A DNA stretch of 62,733 nt, the filler included, from Choristocarpus tenellus KU-1152 (lineage: Eukaryota > Protista > Phaeophyceae), in NCBI GenBank assembly GCA_964200185.2. It is 10 parts of 10 records of this genome, joined end to end, with 100 filler letters (N's around TTAATTAATTAA, not from the genome) between each part and the next. Parts side by side here need not be neighbours in the genome. Positions count along the whole stretch, not along the records: positions 1 to 6,591 come from CAXNAD020007802.1; positions 6,692 to 9,895 come from CAXNAD020021571.1; positions 9,996 to 16,481 come from CAXNAD020008032.1; 7 more parts are not named here. One strand, written 5' to 3'. Position 1 is the stretch's first letter. Each line of letters starts with the position of its first letter. Shown here piece after piece: positions 1-12,129 of the stretch. Made by a program: the position numbers and the translations under genes. The notes under the pieces are model-generated. The model was not told the origin of the DNA. It made no database searches and worked only from the letters and a program-made list of their open reading frames with translations.

Positions 1-983
1 TCTAGCTGCTCCCCCCCCCCTCCCCCCTCCCTCAGATACTTCGAGCCCGTCTTGTTTTATATTATTATTGTTGTGAAGTAGAGTTCTTGTTTTGTAATAT
101 TTTTGTTGTTTTGTCCTCTTGGGTCAGAAATAAATAAAAAAAGAAGAAATGCAGTCACTTGCATTTGTGAGTTGTCCGTGTCTAATTTTATTTTTCATCT
201 TTACAAGTCTGTTTGGAATGAAGGCGACCAAAAATATAGCGAGACATGGAGCAAAGGTTCCTTTTTGTAATGTACAGTATGGCGTGTTTTTTGGGCAATA
301 CTGGGGATCTTCGCAATGCTACCATATATGCCTCTGGATTAGTATGGGTCTTATCATGGGGGAAACCCTGGCAAGGTTACCGATCTTTGAGGTACCATGT
401 CAGCCGGCATTACATTGTTTTAACCCATATTTCGTACACTTTTGTGAATATGTTGAACCACATACACCACAGATACAGGTGAGTAGGAGGATCCTGATGG
501 CATATCTGTGTGGTGGGGAAGACTTATCTGTAGGGGTAGGTGTTCTAGGATACATATATGCATATATATATACTTGTACTATATGCACGCATATGTATCT
601 TATACTTCAGTCCTTGCATCTGTGTTTTTAAGGATGTTGCTAGTGTAACACATACATAATATGTTATATTCACATGGACAGTCGTATGTACTTGGAATAA
701 CTTTGCTGGTGTCACCCTCATTTTGTATACTTATATTTATTATGTGCACATGTGTATGCTTCTAAGCATACATTAGATTCTGGAGTATTTAACTGTTGTC
801 ACACCAAGTTATGTACGGACGCATCTACATGTGCTTCTGAGTATATAATTCATCCCAGATAATTTGTTATTCACACTAATGGTACATACATACATACACA
901 CATGTATGTGTAGATATAATAGAGTTTTCTTATTATTTTTTTTTACCTGACCACCCCCCCAACATTTTTATTTTTCCTTTCAG

Positions 984-3900
984 GAGAGTTGATGTGCCTG
1001 GATTTGTGACCAAGGTGAAGAATCTATCATCTACTGCGAAGCTGATTGGTGAGGACCTAGACCCCTTCTTGGTGGAATCAGCCAAGGCAATGGAGGCAGA
1101 GGTCAGCTAAGGCAACAATCCAGTCTTGTCCCACTTCTAGTATAGTCTATGGTAGTGTTAGAGTCAAAGTACCCAAGTGGAGGGAGGTGTTTAAACCATT
1201 TTGGATTTTCGAGGTGTTTAGAGCTCTCTTTTAAGAAGAAAATGAAAATACTCTAAAAATAATGTGAGGATAACTTTCTTTAGAAAAGTTAATGTACGCT
1301 AAGAAATAGCTTATATTCAGTCCACTAGCTGTAGAGTACTGTACACTACAACAACATGATACCACTAGATTCGTCAGAGGGGCCCTTTTAAAACACCTTC
1401 ACATCACCCCCCTCTCAGGTACTTGACTCACCTCCTGATTCAGTATTCACTCTTAACTCACACTTTCTCTGGGAAATATTAAGGACCTAAATCACTCATC
1501 ACCCAGCAGCAGACTACATCATCATCGTAATTTGAGTCAATGACGGGGTGTCTTCAATACCTCCCCCCCGCCTTCATCTGCATTCAACTATCCTTCCAAA
1601 TCACTCCCCACTACCCCCTACCCCACCCCTCTCAACCCCCCTGGAACCTGACTTGCCACTGCCAACCCTCCTCCATCACTATACCTTATACTGTCAAAAA
1701 GGGAGACTTGGAAGACAACAATAGCCGCGGCAACACCAGGTATACCTCCACCCCAGAAAGCACAACACCTTGGGGTGGTGTGTTGGAGGAAGCTACAGCA
1801 GATAACTTTTCTGAGAGGCTGTGCCCTGAAGAGGGTGCTCGTCTCTGTGCCGTGTTCTTGTTAGATCGACTGGGGGAGGGGCATGAGGCAGCCTTGGAGG
1901 CGGCTCAGGAGGCTGTCGCGAAGGCCGTGAATGAGCCTGGTGGTGAAAATATGCTTACATTCTCTTGGATTGATACACCTTGTCAGGCGGGATTTGCAGA
2001 TGCTGTGGGACTGACGGATGCTTCTGTGAGTGGGAGGGGGTAGTGTCTGGAGGTGGAGTAAAACAGTGGGGTGGATATGCCATGGACGGGGCAGCGTTTT
2101 GGATAATATTTTTTGTTTTATGTTTTTGTTTGGGTTGGTGGGGGAGTGGTGTTGCTGTAAGATTTTTTTCAACCATAGAGGAAGCATAAACTATATGTAG
2201 TACATTCATGTATTCTGTAGTGTATAATAGACAGTATATAATAAATAGTATATAATAAATAGTAACTTTTATGTTTTGTTGATGTTTGACTGATTTGGTG
2301 TGTCCAACTATTTGAAGATAATTTTTTGTCCGAAAATTGGAGTTGGTCTGTTGAAATGGACCAAAGGGCAAAGAAGGCTTTGAAGGGGGCTACTGGAGTA
2401 CCTCCAAATGTTTGTCACATACATGCAAGGTGTACCTTTTCCTGTCGTGGGACATGTTACTGACTAACTATACCTGTTACAACAAAGGTTTTGTTTATTT
2501 TCAGGATTTGTGAGCATGGTGTACATTACAGAAAGCTCAAAGAGGTATTGAAACTCAAAATAGGACAAAATCGTCCCCTCCCCAATTAGATGGTTTAACT
2601 TGTCTTTCAAAATGTCATACGGATTGTGGAGGCTTTGATAGTGGAGTGTATCATGTATATGGTGGACTAGTATATCTTACATTTTTTGGCTGTGTATTCA
2701 GAAGGTTCTTATGTGCTGAGACGTGGTGGGGGCTTAAGGTGGAAGCCAGGGGAATTGGTGGAAACTTTGGGCTTCTCATTTGACGTTTTTGTTTGTTTGT
2801 GATATGTTCATACATACATACATACATACATACATACATACATACAATGTGGAAAGAGAGAGAGAGAGTAGTAAGGTTATCACATGTGATGCAACACACC
2901 ACCAAACCTATTTGAGATACAACACGGTACACACACACGCAACATAACACAATACAACATAACACACTGTTTACGCAACAAAACATAAACACGCCGTGGC
3001 CTACCTCACAATACCTTTTAGCTGGCCCATGCGCTCACATGAGCGCTTTTTACCTCACCCAACCTCCCATCTACCTTGCTGCATCTTTCTCCTCCCCACT
3101 TCTTGCCTTTGACATTTATTGTTCCGTTGTTCCGTTTTGGTTTTGCTTTATCCTGGGCAGGCGATTCCTGGTCTGGTGGTATTCTCACCGAGGAGGCTTC
3201 GCTTGTCCCGCTTCTTGGGTGCATGGGAGTCTGAGTCAATGTCGCGGTTCTTGGGAGGTGTCCTCGGAGGGCGTGTGTCCACTCACCCCATCTCCCAACA
3301 ACCCAGGTAATTCCCACCTCCATCTTCTTCCTCACACACCCATGCCTTTTATATATAATACCACACCATGATGATCTTGTAGGCAGGGTTAGTTTCGTTT
3401 ATTCTTGTGAAGTACCAGGAGATATATTTTTTTTTGTATTTTTGGTATTGATACTCATTTTTTTATTTGTTTGAGACCTGCATTTGTAATGTTGTTCTTC
3501 TTTTCTTCAGTGTTTTTTTCTTTTTGAAGCAAATGTTTTTGTTGTTCAGTGTCTATCTGAATATCCCGTACACGATATGATTGTGTGAAAATTCTTGAAA
3601 GTTCTTATTCACAAAAGGGTAGAAAGGAAGGGAGTGTCATATACCGATAGTGAAATAAATGTAATAATAATATGGAGTATAATAACATCATAGCAATATA
3701 TATATATACAATTTCTTCATTAAATCAAATTTAAACTGTGTGTTTTGTGGTTAACTCCTGTGGTGGATGATGCCTACTGAGCAATCTACATATCAGAGAT
3801 GGGGTAAGACTTCTCTTGGAGAGTCTAGGTTGCTGTTTATCTCCTTGTAGCATAATGTGTTCTAAATGAATGTTTTGAAGATGCACACAGCTTTTTTGTT

Positions 3901-5643
3901 ATCTTTCCTGCACCCTGCCTCGCCATGTAAGAGTTATCATCACACTGTTAAAATAATATTAATAATTATGTTGCAGAAGGATGGCCCGCTCTTTAGGGTT
4001 ATGGTCAGATCATACTCTTGTCGATCCAGACCCAATGTATGTACTGCTTAGGAGCACATTACAACAATATACAGTATCTAAAATATTTGATATTTATCAC
4101 ACTATAACATATTCCAAAAATGTGAGTAGTGATTTTTAGTTTGTTCTTATTATTAAAGGCGCATAGAGAGGGTGCGGCATGTTGAACTTGAAGTGCATTA
4201 TCCTATAGTATTGACTCTTAGTAACACATCTATTGGCAGATGTTAATCTTGTTTCATACACCGTTTCTCACTCTATATGAAATAGTTTCGTGTATGATAA
4301 TAGTAACAATAGTAGTAGTGGTAATGGTAATGGTAATGGTGCTTTGTTCTCACCATTGGGCATCTGGGGGAAAAGGTTGGAAGAGGACAATGGTTGCTCC
4401 TCTCGACAGTTGCCAGTACAAGGTGGTGCAGAAGAAGGGTCGACAGTCCAAGACTCATCAGAGGAGGATATGGAGGCGTTCATGGCAGAGATCCGGGCTG
4501 AAGAGGTGTGTAGTTTCACCTTTTTTGTGTTGCCTTTGGCGACCAGGTGTGCATATAGATGTTGGTAGGCGATGACGTCCAGCGCATACTTCAGTTGTAA
4601 ATATATTTGGGAATCGTGAGCAATGCATTTTCTTTCATCAGTACTATATTTGTGGCAGGGTGATTCATTTATGGGTTAGGGGTATTGGCTGTGTGGAAAT
4701 AACTAAAGGCTTGTGGGGTGCCCAATGTAGATATGTCAAGACACTGCATTGATAGGTGTGAGGTCTCTGAGTGAGTGTGTGTGTATGTACACTGTTCTGA
4801 CATCGCTAGTGAGTGTGAAAACCTAACCGGTGGACAAAAATGTGCACTTCACAACAAGTAGCTGAATGACTGATTTGAGAGGTGAAATTGCTTCATCTCT
4901 CCTCGAGTCTTCTCTGAATTCCCCAAATGGTTCTTGCAAAAATTAGGAGGAGTCAGTGCAATCTGCCTTTTTGTCGTTTCGTTAGGTATTGGTGGTATTC
5001 AAGTATTAAAACCATGTGGGGGATGAGAAAAATGCACATTAAAATGGCATGGTTTTGGAGTGTACAAAGAAGAAAGATGTATGCGTTGGTTCAATGCTTG
5101 GAGGGTGTACTGTTAGTACTTGCAATTTATACTATATCACTATAGTGGTCCACGTAATTGTTTTCTTACTGGGTTTTGCTTCATTCTAATGAGATGGTTG
5201 TAGTACGTCACTATGTACAAAATACAAATTGTTGTGTTGTTATTTTGGCATAGTTAAGGTATGTATCACTCATCATACCTCCTTGGTGATGTTAGTGATG
5301 ACCAGCTTTGTTTAGAATTCCATTTCTGTGTTTTGACGATTCATGTGAGCATATATTATCTGGACCCATGGTTTACTTTTGTTCGTGCATTATCCAACCA
5401 ATGTTTTTATGGCTGTATTTCCGTTTCATTTAATGATGTACCATGTCGGGGGGGGTTGTACAAAAATCTAATATCCAGGAGAGAGCGCAAAAAGAACTTG
5501 CAGAGGAAGTTGAAAGGGAGCTCAAGGAGTTACAGGACGCTGAGGCAGCATCTGCAGCAGAGGGAGACAAGCCCAAGAAGCGCACCAAGATCATCAAGAG
5601 GAGGAAGAAGAAAGGGTCCAAGACTGCTGGAGGGGAGCTGTAA
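984..5643 (+). CDS. Thioredoxin-fold protein resembling the PDIA6/P5 C-terminal domain; 3' part of a multi-exon gene, 5' end not in window
   Basis: GT-AG exons in compatible phase: 984-1101, 1702-2025, 3161-3306, 4376-4505, 5479-5643. Peptide LCAVFLLD...LTFSWIDTPCQAGFADAVGL..AIPGLVVFSPRRLRLSRFLGAW...FLGGVLGGRVSTHPI resembles the non-catalytic P5_C thioredoxin-like domain. An acidic/basic tail ends in GGEL*. Confidence 0.7.
1161..1429. mobile_element. Degenerate MITE (family C) with GAGTCAA termini, intronic
   Basis: Starts GAGTCAAAGTACC..GAGGTGTTTAAA and ends TTTAAAACACCTTC..GGTACTTGACTC, an imperfect TIR. No clean TSD. Confidence 0.5.
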
Positions 5644-6521
5644 CCCAACGACCAAAGGATCCACCTCATTGACCGTTTTTTTCTCCAACATAGTATCTGG
5701 CTGAACTACGGATCAACATGTGCCATCTACCTGACTCCAGTGATACAGACAAAATGATATATACCTGTGGGTAGATAATCGAGTACAAACAGACGCTGGG
5801 CATTCTTACAGTTGTGTGACCAGTTTGGGTAGCTCCCATGTATTTGTACACTAATATTATTGTGCATTTCTTATTATTTGATGATCAGTGCAGGGAGAGT
5901 GGACTTGGGATGGGGGAAAGTGGTGGAAAATATGGTAGCAATTGTCTTAGGACGTTATGAGGAGATTTTCTATCTGGCATTGGAATTGCTTGGTTCTAGG
6001 CATCCCTGTCCCTCTCTTCATCTATCTGACCAGAGGATAGCTGAAGCAAATGTAAATGTGCTTGGCAGGTTGCACTTGACACAACTGTTTTTTCCAGCAA
6101 TGTTTTATTTCCTACATTATTTTATTGTCTTGAATGTTCGCCATAATCTCATCATCTGCTAAAGGACCATCTTAGGGGCTAGATTAGGGAGGCATCATGA
6201 TCTTGTGTTGAGCAGTGTGACAAGAGGGTCAAGGTGGACCATTCTTGGCAGAGCTGATAATAGATCGGGTTTTACAGAACAGAATGTGACCTGCCACTGC
6301 TGTTTTCTTCTTTTGATATGTTTCTATGTGCATGCAGTTTGTGTTTGCTGCTTGTTACAGGGAATGCATGGTTATTGACTGAACAAACGGACCCAAACCA
6401 CATTAGTAGTCACATTTACTTGATTTTTCTTCACCGGTTGAAGTTGTGGATAATAGAGCATGGTGATCACAACAAAGTATATCAGGTCTTATCTCTACAT
6501 TCGAGGGGCAACTATCTATTG

Positions 6522-6591
6522 TAACAGCCGATTTCAAAAATTGAGGATGGAGCTTTTCATTGAGGATGGGCTTGACCCAAAATTGACTGGG
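6522..6591. mobile_element. End of a TIR element (TAACAGCCG terminus, TTGAGGATGG subterminal repeats); inverted copies at 6692-6727 and 31023-31070
   Basis: TAACAGCCGATTTCAAAAATTGAGGATGG at a contig end. Its reverse complement opens two other contigs. Confidence 0.6.
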
Positions 6592-6691
6592 NNNNNNNNN
6601 NNNNNNNNNNNNNNNNNNNNNNNNNNNNNNNNNNNTTAATTAATTAANNNNNNNNNNNNNNNNNNNNNNNNNNNNNNNNNNNNNNNNNNNN
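6592..6691. other. Artificial contig linker N44-TTAATTAATTAA-N44; also at 9896-9995, 16482-16581, 22540-22639, 30923-31022, 39927-40026, 44593-44692, 49354-49453, 59510-59609
   Basis: Nine identical 100-bp spacers carrying stop codons in all six frames. Confidence 0.99.
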
Positions 6692-7490
6692 GTCAAGCCC
6701 ATCCTCAATTTTTGATAACGGCTGTTAGTAGTAGATTGATGACTGGTTTGTAGAACCTAACACAGAGATCTAACGCCAACAACATTGATGTTAGGGTGTA
6801 TTTGTGGCATTGTTTTTGAGAGAGCTAGCAGAAGTTTGTTTTTCTCTAGTTTCAGAGAAGTAGATGTTGAGGGTGTATAATGTCAAGGCACACAGCCCTG
6901 GGTCCAGTGTGGAATATTTCGACAGCTGGGGCAAGACAGATGTAGGCAACCATGTGGGATTTGCAGTAGTACTATTATTTGTTCCTCAGACATAAGTCAA
7001 TGGTTATGTCAGAGAAGTTTAACTGCAATATCAACACCATACATAATTCGAATGTACTATCTCGTTAGTTACATCATATGCACTAAATCCAATGCCATAT
7101 GCTCACATACACAAAACAGGGGTACACCTTACCATTGTGCTATTTTTCCACACAGATATGTCTGCACAATGTAGTTGAGTAACGAGGTGTGTTCTTGATA
7201 AGATCGCGTCATCCTTTTCGCAAAGTTACGAGTTGGTCTGTATTCAACAGCGACAATTGGTAACACAAGAGGGAAGGAAAAGTAGAGAATCAGGACAGCA
7301 GTCGCAATGTACACCAGATGAATTCGATCCACAAGTGAGATTCTCGAAACGTTCAAAACAACAAAATATGGAGAGGAGTGTAATTCGTTGGTCAAAAATA
7401 CATCTACTTTACCCTCTGTTTAAGTATCCACAAGACTGAAGACTGGCTCGTGAGGTCTCACAAGATAATTACTCACCCTCTGAGAAACCG

Positions 7491-8117
7491 TTACCGCAAG
7501 GAAACCTTGGACTTGAACTTCTCGCCATCGCGAGTCACGACTTTGATGGTTAACTCGCGAGAGAACCCAGCACCATTGTGGACTTCGAAGAAGTTATCCT
7601 GCGTACGGGTTGCCTTGATGCCATTGATTTTAACCCTTTTCGCAGGCATGGGCATCCCTCGAGGCTGCACCTTGATAAAATAGCTGTTTGAACTTTCGAA
7701 TAGAAATGTCGGCTTGCTCCCCTGACACTTTCCAAACTCCCACTCGACTTTCCACCTCCCATCCCCACTTATCCCAAAGTCCAAATCACCGTGATTACAA
7801 TCTGGGCACTGGTCCATTATGTACCCCTCAAAGTGGCCCGTGACAGGTGAGTTCCCGTTCCCATTACTGGTCACCCTGCCCTTAACACATGCGCCACACA
7901 TCTGCGAATTGCGATACTGGGGGCCATTGAGCGCCAATGGAATCTTGTCATCGTACATCCTAGGGACGGGGTGTCGGATCGCACAATTGCCAACGGTAGA
8001 CTCCCCATAGAACGTCGTTTCTCCTTTAAAGGTTTTGGTGGCAATGCCACCAATGGTTCCATACACGAGGAGAACTATGGCAGTTTTAATGAAAGGTTGG
8101 TACAGAGTGTGGAACAT
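7491..8117 (-). CDS. Expansin-like protein (EXLX type: signal peptide + DPBB domain + CBM63-like domain), intronless
   Basis: Intact 208-aa ORF with a hydrophobic N-terminus. Domain 1 motifs: GETTFYG, GNC, ALNGPQY..SQMCGACV, DQCPDC..GDLDF, GRWKVEWEF. Domain 2 motifs: SNSYFIKVQ and RTQDNFF. Confidence 0.9.
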   Translation of the reverse strand: MFHTLYQPFIKTAIVLLVYGTIGGIATKTFKGETTFYGESTVGNCAIRHPVPRMYDDKIPLALNGPQYRNSQMCGACVKGRVTSNGNGNSPVTGHFEGYIMDQCPDCNHGDLDFGISGDGRWKVEWEFGKCQGSKPTFLFESSNSYFIKVQPRGMPMPAKRVKINGIKATRTQDNFFEVHNGAGFSRELTIKVVTRDGEKFKSKVSLR

Positions 8118-8959
8118 GGTGTCTCTGACTCTTGTGACGGGTGTTCTGTCTAGCGACTAAGGCGTGGGTTTGATTCACCGTTGTACCCCCTGTGTTACCC
8201 CCAGAATGTGTGCGGTTGGTTATCTAATGTCTAGGTGTGTACTAAGGGGTAACAAGGAACTGACTGTTGATGAAACGCAAGTTATGTTGGTCTTTATTGA
8301 CGTTTCTCTCTTCTCTGTTCTAACCTTCAAAATAGTTGGAAGGAAGAGGATATAATTTGATTATATATCACACCTACTCTTTAAGTGTGTAGTAGTCTGT
8401 TACGAATTAATTGTGTGGTAACTTATATTAGAGTTAATGTAAAGTACAAAACCATTACATTATTTTTATTATTATACCTCTGACATTTTGTAGATGTGTG
8501 ATGGGAAAAAACAATAAAACTATTACATTATCCTTTTTCAAACAAAATAGAAGAAATAGAATACAGGAGTGAAGTATGGAATCTATTTTGGAGTGAATTT
8601 GATATTTTGGATCACATTCGCCAAAAATATTGATATGATACGATATTTTCAAAAACATTGAGACAAATCCAAAGATTCTTCAGTTCTTCAAACTTTTGAC
8701 ATAAAAAAATTCAGGTAGGAAAAAATTTCGTCTGATGAAATTGAATCGAATCATTAACTGTTGTTGGTGTGACAACCCAGAACTCCAAACAAAGTCTGTA
8801 GAGATGTCAAGCGGCAGATCCCAAGGCGTCAACAGTGGCAGTGGTGAAATGTATAACTTGATCAAGCACCCAAAGGAGGCAACGAAAAAGAAGAAAACGG
8901 TCTAGAAGGTGAGACAGGAGACAATGACGAGGTCGATGGTGAAGTTGAGGTATTGCTTG

Positions 8960-9680
8960 TAAAGTTTACTTCTAACAGTAAGAAAAGGTCACGGTTTTGG
9001 AACTATTTGAGAGAAACTTCCTTCTTTCGTGTGCCCCCATCGGGGGTGATGGAAGGATGTTCTTCTGACAGAAGACCACATCAGAATGTGCTGCGACATT
9101 ATTGATGAAACGAGATGGACTAAGAGTTAAGTCGAAGGCCAGTATGGTTGTGGTAGCTTTGGTGATAGGTTTGGGTGGACTCGCCAAACAACTGACAATC
9201 ATATGATAGTCCTTTGGAAGCGTTCCAAGCTCTGAGGAACCATTTTGCCAAAAATGGCATTACTGAGAGAGAGAGAGAGCAATTAGGTCCAAACTTAATT
9301 ATATTAATCTACCTGTGTGGGAAGATCCGACCATGGTCATTATGGTGCTGGGCAGATTGGTCAAGAAGATGAGGTTGATTGGTGATGACCCTAGCGAGGA
9401 GCCTCAACTCAGCGCAATGCATAATTGCCTTTCCGAGGAATATTACATTGAGATTCGACAGGTTACTGGGAGAGGGCATACAGCAGACTCACAGGTGGAA
9501 CTACAGCGGGTCGATAGGATCGACAGTCAGGACGTGTGGAGTTCTGGCTGTGTGGAAGACCACACTTTCAATCCTCTTGCCCCACTGCTGTCTCGTCATG
9601 TTCAGGATCTTACACAGATGCTTATTATGTTTGAAGTGACAGTACAAAAGGCTTACTGATGTTCTAAACGTTCTGGAACT
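8960..9680 (+). mobile_element. Decayed Copia gag fragment, same family as 14458-16418
   Basis: Clear nucleotide similarity of 8990-9270 to 14930-15210 and of 9525-9675 to 15258-15400. Multiple stops and frameshifts. Confidence 0.75.
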
Positions 9681-9860
9681 GGCTCAAAGTATCTTGGAGG
9701 GGGTAGCGGCCGTCCACTTGAGGTCAATTTTTCCATGTCACAATTTTGGGGTGATTTGGTTTCATACGTCGGATGGATACTGTAAATGCACTTTTCCAGA
9801 TTTTGGTCCAAATGGACACCCTAGTGTAGACCTCCCCCCCCCTCCCAGTTACTTTGGGGC
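9681..9860 (+). mobile_element. MITE family B (about 180 bp, poly-G/poly-C inside the TIRs)
   Basis: GGCTCAAAGTATCT...AGTTACTTTGGGGC, flanked by ACT/ACT. Homologous to about 11 other full or partial copies in the window. Confidence 0.9.
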
Positions 9861-11612
9861 ACTCTTGGAGGGACTGGTCAAGGATAGACCAATTCNNNNN
9901 NNNNNNNNNNNNNNNNNNNNNNNNNNNNNNNNNNNNNNNTTAATTAATTAANNNNNNNNNNNNNNNNNNNNNNNNNNNNNNNNNNNNNNNNNNNNCCCCC
10001 CCTCATACAGCTAAACCACACCATAACGCGCAAACACATTCCAATTGTCCTACACACTAACACAGCCCCCGCAACGAACATGTTTGTGTGTGGCGATGCA
10101 GGACGCATAACCGGGCCCCCGGGTCGTGCCCCTTCAGGCTATCATCACCCCAGACTTCACCGACATCGACCACAACCACCTGGACAAAACATTCAGGATC
10201 CTGCCTGGCCAATACCAGAGGTTCGCCTCGGAATCCAACCGGCAATCGCTCGGTGGGATACCTGCTCGCTTCTCTAGGCAACTCGGACTTGAGGGCATGC
10301 CCGAAGCCAGATTCAGTTGAGAAACCACCTTCATCATACGCACGAGTGGGGGGGGGGGTCAATCGTGCAGGGGAAGGTCAGCGATGTTCACGTAGATGTT
10401 CCAAGGGCATACATATGCTCTATGTCCTACCTCCCGGATGATGACTAAAAATATGTACCCCCCCCCTCAACTGGGGTCGTACACAACAGGGAACGTGATC
10501 GTAGAAAAGGTGTCCACAAATTTCCAGACAAGAACAAAGGAGGGACAGTGACGAGACTACAATACCCCCTGTATTGCCGAGTTCGCTGTCGGGCACGAAA
10601 GCGTTGGGACATGAAAACAGGACCCTATCTACAAAAACAGACCCCTTGGACCGACACCGAGTTATATATGTGCCGGATTCAGAAGAGGGAGTAACGCTCA
10701 ACGCCATAACTAGGGGAAGGAGGAGACTATAGTTCGGATGGGACGATCAGCGGATGCGAGGGACCGTGACCAAGTACACCAGCCCCACTACACACGGTCT
10801 AAGTTTGTGGAAAGCAAGTCAGCCACCCCCATAAGGTCAAACAGGAGAATGGCGACTTGCGAAATATGCAGCTCCTTGTCCAACACTACAACAACCACTA
10901 CAACACCATTGTCCAAGACCCTCCTAAACGGGCCTGGTTCTGGGTATTACACAGTCCTACACAACCACCATATTGACTACAGACATATGGCTTTGAGAAG
11001 CAACATTGGCCAATATATGTTCGTGACTCACCCTCCACTTCGCCAGTCAGACTCATACCTCCACGGACATGTTATGATGATGGAGACATGGATCATACGT
11101 TCCATATAAAACAACGGACTTATATCCATGTAATATATATATATAATCTGAATTTATTCAGCTCCCAAACAGTCTGTGTTTAGAGACGTGTCCTCCAATA
11201 CATATGTTCATTAGACCGGTATGGCAACCAAAATTTCGTCTCCATTACATCATTGTTCTGCCGCCTTTCTCTAATACTTTTGCTGCAATGCCAACCCTAT
11301 CCTTTTCCCTCCCCCCTCTTCTTTGCGCTGTTAGGAACATAGAGAAATTGGCAGAAACTCTACCAGGGGGAGGTCCACGCACAAACATCTCGCACTCCAC
11401 TCTCCACCATCTTCAGCACAAGTCGAAATTTTCAATAACATCCTCCACCCAAACCAAGCGGCGGCAACTAGGCAGACTCCGGGCTTTGAACCCAAAGGGG
11501 AACTTTCCTGAGCCATCATCACAACATAGTCAACACCCACTCAAGCGCCAGGCGTACATATATCCTTAATAATGCATTTTAGGCCGAAATATATCTTACA
11601 AGGACGGTGACC

Positions 11613-11823
11613 GGGTCCAAGTACCGTGGGGTATGGTGGTTGGGGAAGGTGCGTCCGTTTTCGATCCGGACGACGAAGTACTACAAAATGGTGGGAATTG
11701 CTGTCTTCAGTACACCTCTCTCCACGAAAGAAGACAGCAATTCCAATGAATTTTGAGTACTTTGTCCGGACAGAAACGGACGCCCCCTCACAAACCACAC
11801 ACCCCCCTAAGATACTTTGGCCC
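11613..11823. mobile_element. Foldback (hairpin) MITE with GGGCCAAAGTATCT-type terminus
   Basis: 11648-11708 and 11730-11787 are imperfect inverted repeats around a loop of about 21 nt. The right end is CCTAAGATACTTTGGCCC. Confidence 0.65.
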
Positions 11824-11958
11824 AATATAAAAAAATCCTACCACTAATTTTATTGAAAATAAAATTATATATGGTGAATATGTCAAACATGAAGAACATG
11901 AAAACTGAAAAAACTAACCCTAAAACTTCAGCAAGAAATATTAGAATTATGCGCTCGT

Positions 11959-12125
11959 TCCGGTAAGAAGGTTGTTTTTACGGGAAGTCTTTTAAGATTT
12001 CTAGAATCGAAGCAAAAGTACAAGCAGAAAGATTGGGAGTAAGAGTATCTAATGTTGTGTCTAGTAGTACAGATATTGTAGTCGTAGGCAGAAAAGTCGG
12101 AATTAAGGTAAGAAAAGCACTCAAG
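11959..12125 (+). pseudogene. BRCT domain fragment resembling the C-terminus of bacterial NAD-dependent DNA ligase LigA; one frameshift
   Basis: Manual translation: SGKKVVFTGSL / (frameshift near 11992) / KISRIEAKVQAERLGVRVSNVVSSSTDIVVVGRKVGIKVRKALK. It is not in the supplied ORF track. Confidence 0.75.
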
Positions 12126-12129
12126 GTGC

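Noticed and set aside
149-631. 160-aa ORF and similar short Cys/Tyr-rich ORFs throughout the window
   Set aside because: Intronic or intergenic composition with no homology; chance ORFs.
6522-6727. One TIR element spanning the first gap
   Set aside because: No matching target duplication, and the same end also opens another contig at 31023.
9996-11110. Overlapping ORFs including a CEIC motif, as a second transposase
   Set aside because: One CxxC motif is not enough evidence, and no catalytic motifs were found.
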